Assembly: GCA_965235115.1 (NCBI GenBank) | Contig: OZ249436.1 | Location: forward strand, 17,796,001 to 17,860,000 | DNA length: 64,000 nucleotides | Origin: Laetmonice hystrix | Lineage: Eukaryota | Reading direction: 5' to 3' | Shown: positions 54,580 to 64,000 of the stretch, piece after piece | How positions within the stretch are numbered: the stretch's first letter is position 1 | Layout of the letters: the number at the start of each line of letters is the position of its first letter | Notes under the pieces: generated by a model | Told to the model about the DNA's origin: nothing | The model's input: only the letters and a program-made list of their open reading frames with translations | Database searches by the model: none | Position numbers and translations under genes: made by a program

Positions 54580-55498
54580 GCGTATCCCATCAGGATTCAG
54601 ATACAATACGATATTGGTGGTTGAGGCAGCGCCCGTTGGCCGGTAGGTGGCGCTGCCAGGAGAGTTTGGTCAGTCCGTGTGGGCACATCCGGGACTCTGT
54701 AAGGAACGCCCCAAGTATAACCTGCTTCCAGTCTGGCTGCCGCGTGGATGTGGCAGCTTTGTATTGACGGCGTTTTCCGTTTCTTCACCTCAATCACAGG
54801 GTATAGAGACAGAAACGACGTGACAGCCAGACCCTCACTAAATCAGGTTAACACTCGAACCGATTGGATGAACAGAGGCGAGTTGGACAGATTCAATCCC
54901 TAGTCAAGTACAAACACTTTAATCCGAAACCAACTGCACTTATTCCGACGGCCATATTTTCAGATGGCCCTATAGATATCTACTCACTGCACGTGGCCCA
55001 TGGCCAAGGGCTCTACCCTTGACCCAATGATCCAATGGCCAATGGCCCAATGATTTAAAGGGTCAATGGGTCAAGGTAGGGGTGTCACCAAGCGTATGCC
55101 CGGCCAGCCGGCCGATTTGGGCATTTCACCGTTATATTGGCCGCAAAATCAAAAATCACGAATACATGGTTTTACATGTATACGAATATATATGTATCTC
55201 TTCATTAACATTATGTCTACTTTAAATCAGCCAATCCGGGGAGGGGGTAGATGTATTATGTGACAACAGGATACCTTTAAATTCTTGATTTTTTTTCTAC
55301 CACGGTCAACCATACCAAACAGGGCCGGCCAGGCGGGCCAGTGGACGAGGTACTTAATGGATGGCGGTAGACTTATAGCGTAACGAACGTATCAGTTAGG
55401 AAACTTACCCCGTCTAGTTTTATATGAATTATATTCTTTGGCGAGATAATAAAGACCATATTAACACCCTTTAATGTCAATTTCGTAAATTATATGAA

Positions 55499-55569
55499 GC
55501 CCGGTTAGCGCAGTCGTTAGAGCATCCGACTTTTAATCTGAGGGTCGCGGGTTCAAGTCCCTCAGGCGG
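55499..55569 (+). pseudogene. tRNA-Lys(TTT)-derived pseudogene or SINE head
   Basis: GCCCGGTTAGCGCAGTCGTTAGAGCATCCGACTTTTAATCTGAGGGTCGCGGGTTCAAGTCCCTCAGGCG closely follows metazoan tRNA-Lys-TTT. A/B boxes and the CTTTTAA anticodon loop are retained, but the acceptor stem 3' arm is shortened and D/anticodon stems are mismatched. Confidence 0.8.
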
Positions 55570-55619
55570 AATTATATTTTCTTCAGAGAAAAAAAATTAG
55601 GTTACAGACCAGAGGAGGG

Positions 55620-55654
55620 GTTAGGGTTAGGGTTAGCCTAACCCTGACCCTAAC
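55620..55654. repeat. Head-to-head telomeric-type inverted repeat
   Basis: GTTAGGGTTAGGGTTAG-C-CTAACCCTGACCCTAAC, 16/17 pairing. Confidence 0.85.
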
Positions 55655-55819
55655 TGCTGTTACAGATATGTGAATTAATCAAATAAAGACTGCATACACT
55701 GTACAACATTATATTTGATTCCTTCAAGTTGCTCAAGGCATCATCAGGAGGTTTTTTATCACTTCATGGAAAAATGGTTACCCAACGATTTTGAGGGTAC
55801 GGATCCGTACCTTAGAAAA

Positions 55820-55867
55820 ATTTTAGGGTACGGAATTTTACCCATTTTACCCTCTGGCGGAAACCCT
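55820..55867 (-). mobile_element. DNA transposon terminal sequence (right-end-like; hAT-like CAGGG type)
   Basis: Perfect 48-bp reverse complement of 56693-56740. Confidence 0.65.
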
Positions 55868-55885
55868 AGTAATGGGTTTGACTAA

Positions 55886-56292
55886 TGGGCCTTTCACACC
55901 GCAGCCGATGCCAATACCGATGCCGATACCGATGCCGAGGGCGACACCGATGTCCACACCGACCTCGGCTGCAGTGTGAATGATGCACCGATGCCCGACT
56001 CCGATGCCGACATGTAGATCCCGACTGGTTCCCGACACCGGCCCGGCTGGCGGCCGTCCTCCGCGTCGGTGAGGGATTGCTCCGATCCAGATGCACGGGA
56101 ATCTCGGTGGCCGACGTTTGAAAAATAGAGCATGTTCTATTTGCCTCGCCGACGTCGGTGTCGGCCACCGACGTCGGCGTCGGTATCGGCCTTGGTGTGA
56201 ATGCTCCCACTGGAAATAATGTGTTTTAAAAAAAAACCATCGGTGTCGCCGTCGGTATCGGTGCCGGTATCGGCTGCGGTGTGAATGGACCA
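55886..56292. mobile_element. ~407-bp PIF/Harbinger-like MITE
   Basis: Long imperfect TIRs TGGGCCTTTCACACCGCAGCCGAT... / ...ATCGGCTGCGGTGTGAATGGACCA with CCGATR subrepeats; flanked by TAA and TTA. Confidence 0.75.
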
Positions 56293-56691
56293 TTAGTGTA
56301 GCACATGACCTTAAGTAAACTAATAGGCTTCTGATTGACTGGTCTCCTTAGGCTTGACGTAGAAAAAGTTCCGAGGCAAGATTTTGCTTAGGCCTATTTA
56401 CAAGTTCTCCCCCACCCACTGGGTTTAATACGTAAGACCTAATCTTTCCTTGACGTAATCTTTGACTGATTTTTGACATGTGAGAGAGTATTTACTATTC
56501 CTAGAATGAAAAAATACAAAAAGACGATTTTTTTACCACCTGATCTATATTCGGTCTATTTGAAAGAACAGAAACATTTTGTACAGGAAGGTCTACTTTT
56601 GTAATATCTCAGTCAATAGGACAGCCATTTAGCCAAAGATGCTGCCGACACACACAATATGTTTATTGTAACAAGGGTTTTTTCTTCCAGA

Positions 56692-56755
56692 CAGGGTTTC
56701 CGCCAGAGGGTAAAATGGGTAAAATTCCGTACCCTAAAATGTTCCCAGGGTAAAT
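56692..56755 (+). mobile_element. DNA transposon terminal sequence (left-end-like, CAGGGTTTCCGCCAGAGGG...)
   Basis: Inverted copy of 55820-55867. Confidence 0.65.
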
Positions 56756-57857
56756 CAAGTCGTGTGTATTGATCAATGGTTGTGATACAGGTGAGGAGGC
56801 GCCGAAGTTACCAATCTCACCATTACAGAGTTCCTATTTCAGTGAGACTATAATAGGCGGACGGCATTCAATTTAGAAATAACAGTGAGTTTAATCGTGA
56901 TACCTAAACAGATAGTTTTACAATGATTAATCAAACGTTTAAAGAAAATGGTAACGCTCATGTGCCGCATAGCATTCATTTGAACAGAAAGGGCCATGGC
57001 GCAAAAAGTTAAATGAAAAATATCGTGAAAAAACTCTGATTCCGCTGATTCAGTGTCGATAAAGCAATAAAGCTGCGCACAATGCATGGAGGATTACTTA
57101 CCTATCAGTCTGCCTTGTCAGCGACTTACAAATCAGACCGGCAATTAAAGGTCACCTGGTCCTTCAGGAGATTGAAGCTCAGGTTTATAGGGAGCCTCGA
57201 TGTGGGGGCCACCAGGCCGGTTTGACATGCGCACTGAGCGGGGGCGCCTGCCGGAAGTAGTTTCAATATACTGTCATCGCTCCAACGTCACCATGACAAC
57301 GGTGGCAAACTCGGCCTACATCACATTCATCGTATTAAACCTCAACCCTTCCTCTCACCGCCAAGCAAAAATACAGCATGCTACCATGTTTACTTAGCAT
57401 TTTTATACTTCTCATTAAATAGGAAATGCTTGTTCGATTTACAGGATAATTTACGCAAACTCTTCACCCGAACACTGTATATAATGGGCTGATCGACACA
57501 GACGAGGTGACAGTCTCGTAGTTTATCACAGAGACAATTCCTATGCAAATAATTTGGTAAATATGGTAATTTAAGATGCCCAGACCTGTCTTGACTCAAG
57601 TCAGGCCATTTAGCCTGGATACACCGTTTAATTGCCCTGCTGGGTTCGCCCTCATTAGGTGTGGAAACCCCTCGCACACGAGAAACGGGATACAGGGTTA
57701 GAGAGCGGACATACGGCCAGTTATGGATAGTGCCTCTCCCTGCCAGTTCGACCCCCCCCCCCCCGCCCAGTGCTCTTGACTGAGTTATTCTACAGGAATT
57801 ACAACCAACCACCCACCCGCGTGAGGATACGACAGTCTCAGTAGTATAGGGAAACGG

Positions 57858-57972
57858 CCCCCTGCATCAGGCACGGCCAGGTGATGGGACCTGCATCAGG
57901 CAAAGTCAAGCGATGGGGCCTGCATGCATCAGGCAAGGCCAGGTGATAGGACCTGCATCAGGCAAGGTCAAG
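57858..57972. repeat. ~30-bp degenerate repeat, 4 copies (CCTGCATCAGGCA core)
   Basis: Direct inspection. Confidence 0.85.
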
Positions 57973-58268
57973 TAATCAGACCATACCTCGGACCAAGCCA
58001 ATACATGTCGGACCTATATAGTAACCTGAGAATTGCAGGGTGATATTTAGGTCAAACTTTCAGTTATGTGATTCCAACCACACTGAGGTTTCATTTGAAC
58101 ATGTCTTTGAAAGTCTCAGGCATATCCCCACATGACTCCACAAGTCCGTGTTACAAGGCTCGGTCAATATCAGCTGTCCCAGCACGTTGTGCGTGACTGC
58201 CCGGATCTACATTGTATCACGAAGTGTCAGGTGTGTGACGTGAGGCCCTGAGGCAAGCAGGCCATGCA

Positions 58269-58745
58269 GTAACATTAACAAGTTCTACAAGCGTCCTAGT
58301 AACATTAACAAGTTCTACAAGCGTCCTAGTAACATTAAAAGACTCTACAAGCGTTCTAGTAACATTAACATGTTCTACAAGCGTGTTCTGCAAGCGTCCT
58401 AGTAACGTTAACATGTTCTACAAGCGTCCTAGTAACATTAAAAGGCCCTAGAAGCGTCCTAGTACCATTAACAGGTTCTACAAGCATCCTACCTTGTAAA
58501 CAAATCAACGGGTTCTACAAGCGTCCTAGTAACATTAACAGGTTCTACAAGCGTCCTACCTTGTAAACAAATCAACGGGTTTTACAAACGTCCTAACTGG
58601 TAAACAAATCAACGGGTTCCACAATTAAGCGTCTTAGCTTATAAACAAATCAACGAGTTCTACAAGCGTTCTAGCTGGTAAACTAATCAACGAGTTCTAC
58701 AAGCGTCCTAACTGGTAAACAAATCAACGAGTTCTACAAGCATTC
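58269..58745. repeat. 30-bp to ~37-bp evolving minisatellite (GTTCTACAAGCGTCCTA core)
   Basis: 5' units end GTAACATTAAC; 3' units end TAAACAAATCAACG. Confidence 0.92.
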
Positions 58746-61700
58746 TATATCATTAACACGAAGAACACCTGACGCGATGCAACACGATGCGACGTGATTA
58801 TGAAAAGCTCCTTCTGGTTTTCAGCGAGTGTGAACACACCTGAAGCTCCACGTTCTATAAGCGTCCTAGCTTGTAAACAAAAGCACCATTCAAGCAAGAT
58901 ATATTCTCTTTATAAATACAGGTCAGGTTTGAAGCCAGGAGAAAGAATACCCAATTGTAGGGCCAATATAAACAGTGGTAGAATATTTTCTGTGGTACAT
59001 TTTTCTCAGCTAAACATCGACACTAAGAGAATAACATTATAATGGAACCTCGCACCCGTAAACCTGACGGGGTTTGTTTATGTATCACGCGGGGTTGGGG
59101 TAGTGAGGGTTAGGGGGTGTTCAATTGAACCCTCCCGCCATTTTCGGAATCGATGTACCTCGTCAACTGAACGTCACTCTCTTTGGCCACGTGATTCACC
59201 GAGCCGATCTAGGTCACGTGACTGCACGTCGTCACGGAGAGCATCTGGTTGAGGTCACGTGACACGTCATGAGTTGTGTGGTTGAGATCGCAGCTCTGAC
59301 AAGGACTGATTGAGGTGGGGAGAAGCAGCTACAGTCCCCCCTCGCAGGACGGCTGACAGGGCCTACTCAGCCGCTATCTTCTAATGTCATCAATCTCTAG
59401 TCGTTGTGTACATGACAGGTATACAGTGGCCAGGGAATACAACGTTACCCATCTCCCGGTGCCAGTTACAGCTAACTCTGACATTACCACCAGTCCCTCT
59501 CACATATTACAGACATGGTCCCCTATCACTGCTAGTGATGTCTATACGACCCGAACACACCGCAACTTTGTGTGCATCTGGTCGCCCTGTAAGCCAGCTG
59601 TAACCCTGGCAATCTATTAAAGTTTGCCAATTTCCAGAGACAGGGGGAACGAGGGAGCGACTACCAGCAGGATCCTAACTGTGTCCAGGAGATCAGGCTG
59701 GCAACGGTTAGATCACCGGCTACAGGAGAACCACATCAACACAACACATAGTTCATTAAAACATGACATAAAACACAGATACTCAGACACACAAATGACC
59801 GCAAAGTAATCCATACACAGCTCAGAGCAGTATCCCAATGATACCAGCCTTAACCTCATTCCGGCCCCCTCTGGACCTGCTCTGGGCCCATTCTGGGCCC
59901 ATTCTGGGCCCATTCTCTATATCAGGCCGGGGTCTGCGTGTAACAGAAAGTAAGATGACAGTGAAATCATGTGGCCTGCATTACAATGCATGGAGCACGC
60001 CACATTAGGTTCCGTCACTGATCGTTGATGGATGGGGCTGGGTGGGGGTGGGTTGGGTGGGGGGTGTACCCCCAGCGTGGGGCTTTCTCTGCTGTCTGTA
60101 CACTTCCGTCAGTTAACGCGACACGTGACGAGATCCCTAACGACCATTCTCATGACGTGTCCACATCTCGCACTGCCAGCGGGCTGTCCTGATGACGATA
60201 TGTTGGCTATGTCCGCTACACTTGGCATTCGCCTGCACCCAACCGCCGTCCTTATAGACTACTCGCATGTAAACCCAACCCTTAGCTCGATATTAGCTGA
60301 AGCGTGTTGTGCAAAAGATCGTTGATCAATAATCCCATTTCCGTGCAAAGAAAATGAGGAGTGATTCTGTGGGTGGTGGCGGCCACGAAGACGGGGTATC
60401 AAAGGCCTGCCTTCCGACTTCCCCATTATACGGCCGACCTAAGTACGCCTCCCGGCTGCTTTAAAACCCCGAGCCTTTGTCCAAAATGACCAGGCCGTCC
60501 GTAGCCTCGTTCTAGTTGTACCCCGTGCTGCCCGCCGTCCCCCTCCCGGTCCCAACAAAACGTGACCACGTGACTACCACGTGACGGACCGGCTTGCCCA
60601 TTACTAACACCAGACGCCTTTTGCCTGGCCTTTCCTCCTGTCTTCTGGTTTGGTCACAGGAGGCGTACTTAATGACCTCCTTTCCGTGTTTCTGTTTCCC
60701 CTCTAACCTGTAAATGCTTTTAGTGGACGCTTGTGTCGGACGTGGCTGGTGGTCAGACCATTCTGTCTCCAATTACAGACCGACCACCACACCATCACAC
60801 TTTCAAGTCATCTACAATCGGCCGACTGAAGCAGACTCGATGGGAGCCTTTCAACTCGTACACGGACGAAAACTAAATTCTTCACCAACCCACGCACCGT
60901 GTTTTCTTTGTACTCGTATCCTGATTGGCTAATTGAGCGCCTCATCCGGGCACTTGACCCAGTTTCACGGCTCGCCCATTATGGCTTGAGCTACGTCTAC
61001 GTGTGGCCGAGACTAAAACAGTGTGACGTGAATGGAGCGGTTCGTCTTCAGGGTTTCAGCGGACATAGACCCCTACCTAATGATAATGGATCTAATTTCT
61101 ACAGGACCCCTGCAGTACTAATTCTAATACGATTTGTCCGTTTCAGTGCCTCTTAAATAACGATTTAGATTATCATCCCTTTATACGAAACTGTATGAGT
61201 CGATAATAGAATGCATATAGCCTTGTCTTTGGAGGAGCATAATAAACACATCGTTAATATATATTGCGATGTACAGGATGGACTTGTTATTTAACGATTT
61301 TATCAACCCATATATTCTTTATGACTGACCGCACTGAGACAGAGAGAGAGAGACAGAGACAGAGAGTTAGACAGTAAGAGGGAGAGAGAGAAACAGAGAG
61401 AGAGAGTACATACAGAGTGATCAAGAGCAAACAATGCGGAAATGCCGCTTATATTAGAGATAAATGCTGCTTACAGTGCAGTTAGTCCAACATGACGCTT
61501 AAAGTTTGTTGTGTTGTGTGGCGTGCAAAGTTTTCCTATTGATTCGAACAACATCAGTGTCGTTTGTAGTTGCGAGTAGAATGCTAATGGTGGCGGTGCT
61601 CGTGGTCAGTGCACGGTTGCAGTAATGGATGGCATTCAGTGCGGTCAGTCATCCGACATGTCCACTCATTGTGAACTCTGACTCTCTACCTAATCATCAC

Positions 61701-61842
61701 TCTATACCGGGCCGTTCTCTACCTACCTAACCACAGCTAGTCGTGTGGACACTGACACAATACAAGGCACACACCCCCCCTCCCCCCAGGATCGAGTCAT
61801 CTGATGACTACACGGGCAGTCAGCCTAAAATCGCATTCCATC

Positions 61843-62612
61843 AGGGTAGATGGGAGCAGTGCTTGTCTCTACAACCAGGGTAGATGGGAGCAGTACTTGT
61901 CTCTACAACCAGGGTAGATGGGAGCAGTGCTTGTCTCTACAACCAGGGTAGATGGGAGTAGTACTTGTCTCTACAACCAGGGTAGATGGGAGCAGTACTT
62001 GTCTCTACAACCAGGGTAGATGGGAGCAGTGCTTGTCTCTACAACCAGGGTAGATGGGAGTAGTACTTGTCTCTACAACCAGGGTAGATGGGAGCAGTAC
62101 TTGTCTCTACAACCAGGGTAGATGGGAGCAGTGCTTGTCTCTACAACCAGGGTAGATGGGAGTAGTACTTGTCTCTACAACCAGGGTAGATGGGAGCAGT
62201 ACTTGTCTCTACAACCAGGGTAGATGGGAGCAGTACTTGTCTCTACAACCAGGGTAGATGGGAGCAGTGCTTGTCTCTACAACCAGGGTAGATGGGAGTA
62301 GTACTTGTCTCTACAACCAGGGTAGATGGGAGCAGTACTTGTCTCTACAACTAGGGTAGATGGGAGTAGTACTTGTCTCTACAACCAGGGTAGATGGGAG
62401 CAGTACTTGTCTCTACAACCAAGGTAGATGGGAGCAGTACTCTACAACCAGTCCCCTGAGACATCAACCAGGGTAGATGGGAGCAGTGCTTGTCTCTACA
62501 ACCAGGGTAGATGGGAGCAGTACTTGTCTCTACAACCAGGGTAGATGGGAGCAGTGCTTGTCTCTACAACCAGGGTAGATGGGAGCAGTACTCTACAACC
62601 AGTCCCCTGAGA
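61843..62612. repeat. 34-bp minisatellite, ~22 copies
   Basis: Unit CAGGGTAGATGGGAGYAGTRCTTGTCTCTACAAC. Confidence 0.98.
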
Positions 62613-62894
62613 TGAGTTTACACATATAGATTGATGTGCATACGTAAGTAGTACTAGAGATGAGAATACGCGACTAAAACCTGTTTAATGCTCTCTTACC
62701 TGTGGCTTAGTGAGTCTACGTGACTGGCATGGTACATACTTGGTTATACACAATGTATCAAGCACAACCAAGTAGTTAGACCGTTCTTACTAAAACTGTT
62801 CGCAGCGCTTGTTTCCGGTAATATTGCTGTGTTTGGCCTCATAAAAACTAGAGGACTTTGGTGGAACTGGGGTCATAGGGTCCCGGGGTCTGCT

Positions 62895-63431
62895 CACTGG
62901 CCACCTGCCGATAGACCGAGCTACTGGCCACCTGCAGATAGACCGAGCTACAGGCCGCCTGCCGATAGACCGAGCTACAGGCCGCCTGTCGATAGACCGA
63001 GCTACAGGCCGCCTGTCGATAGACCGAGCTACTGGCCACCTGCCGATAGACCGAGCTACTGGCCACCTGCCGATAGACCGAGCGACAGGCCGCCTGTCGA
63101 TAGACCGAGCTACTGGCCACCTGCCGATAGACCGAGCTACAGGCCGCCTGCCGATAGACCGAGCTGCAGGCCACCTGCCGATAGACCGAGCTACAGGCCA
63201 CCTGCCGATAGACCGAGCTGCAGGCCGCCTGCCGATAGACCGAGCTACAGGCCACCTGCCGATAGACCGAGCTACAGGCCGCCTGCCGATAGACCGAGCT
63301 GCAGGCCGCCTGCCGATAGACCGAGCTACAGGCCACCTGCCGATAGACCGAGCTACAGGCCACCTGCCGATAGACCGAGCTACAGGCCGCCTGCCGATAG
63401 ACCGAGCTGCAGGCCGCCTGCCAATAGACCA
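62895..63431. repeat. 27-bp minisatellite, ~20 copies
   Basis: Unit CCRCCTGCCGATAGACCGAGCTACAGG; gives the RPPADRPSY ORFs. Confidence 0.98.
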
Positions 63432-63903
63432 TCGGCTGGCCGGAGTTGCAGGTCGGGAGATGAGGGGTTTAGGACGCCAGCGTCTCAGTAGCTTCAGACG
63501 ACAGAACACCGGCACGTGGTTACACGTGCCTTAACTTCATTATGGCCACTTGATATTCCCCGGGCGGCATTCTTTCAGATCGGGATTGTTGTCATTCCCA
63601 TCAACCCCGCGACTTCCGCCATGTTCGGGCGGCGCAGGGCATCCTGGGAGACGCCGACCTGGATCTCACGTATTCTGGGTCAAGGTCAAACTAACGTGGG
63701 CCCGGCACGAGGTCATGGCTCGGGTCATCGCAGGGATCATTCCAACCAATGCATGCACGCATCGGCAATTTCTTTTCATGGACATTCCTGAAATTTACGA
63801 GGCGATTTTGTGAAACCTGTAGGCCTAAAGCGTTCTTGGTAGATGATATGAAAGTGTCCTTGGAAATGGTCATGGGGGTGCAGACCCCCACCAAACACCA
63901 TAA

Positions 63904-64000
63904 AGGCCGGTTTATAGTCCGTCGGCCGACCATCGGTCGATCATCGCTGAACGTTTATAGTTGCAGCGATCCGGCCGTCGGCCGCCGGTCGCCGGGTCAC
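63904..64000 (+). mobile_element. Possible left end of a Harbinger-like MITE (truncated by window edge)
   Basis: TAA|AGGCCGGTTTATAGTC followed by CCGAC/GTCGG-rich subrepeats and an internal TTTATAGT echo, similar in style to 55886-56292. The right TIR is not visible. Confidence 0.3.

Noticed and set aside
55499..55569. Functional tRNA-Lys gene
   Set aside because: The acceptor stem cannot fully pair and the D/anticodon stems carry mismatches, so it is called a pseudogene or SINE head instead.
1..64000. Hox or other clustered developmental gene locus suggested by CTCF density
   Set aside because: No homeobox, cadherin or miR-10-type sequence was found by eye or in the ORF track.

Overview
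This is eukaryotic genomic DNA, most likely from an invertebrate bilaterian. That is inferred from CTCF-like motifs, TTAGGG repeats, a tRNA-Lys copy and no obvious CpG depletion; the species cannot be identified from the sequence. I cannot support any protein-coding gene. Nearly all long ORFs in the track are translations of tandem repeats, so the window reads as intergenic or intronic DNA. About 30% of it (roughly 20 kb, hand-summed) is made of more than 25 unrelated mini- and microsatellite arrays, several with higher-order structure. It also holds short non-autonomous TIR elements, a pearl/HINE-like element, a tRNA-Lys(TTT) pseudogene next to a head-to-head TTAGGG hairpin, and many CTCF, E-box and X-box-like motifs. 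The most interesting signal is the palindrome TAGGCCTA, with at least 15 copies. In two tandem arrays it replaces a plain TA found in sister units, which suggests a transposon-excision footprint process. No CRISPR, rRNA or autonomous transposase/RT coding sequence was recognised.
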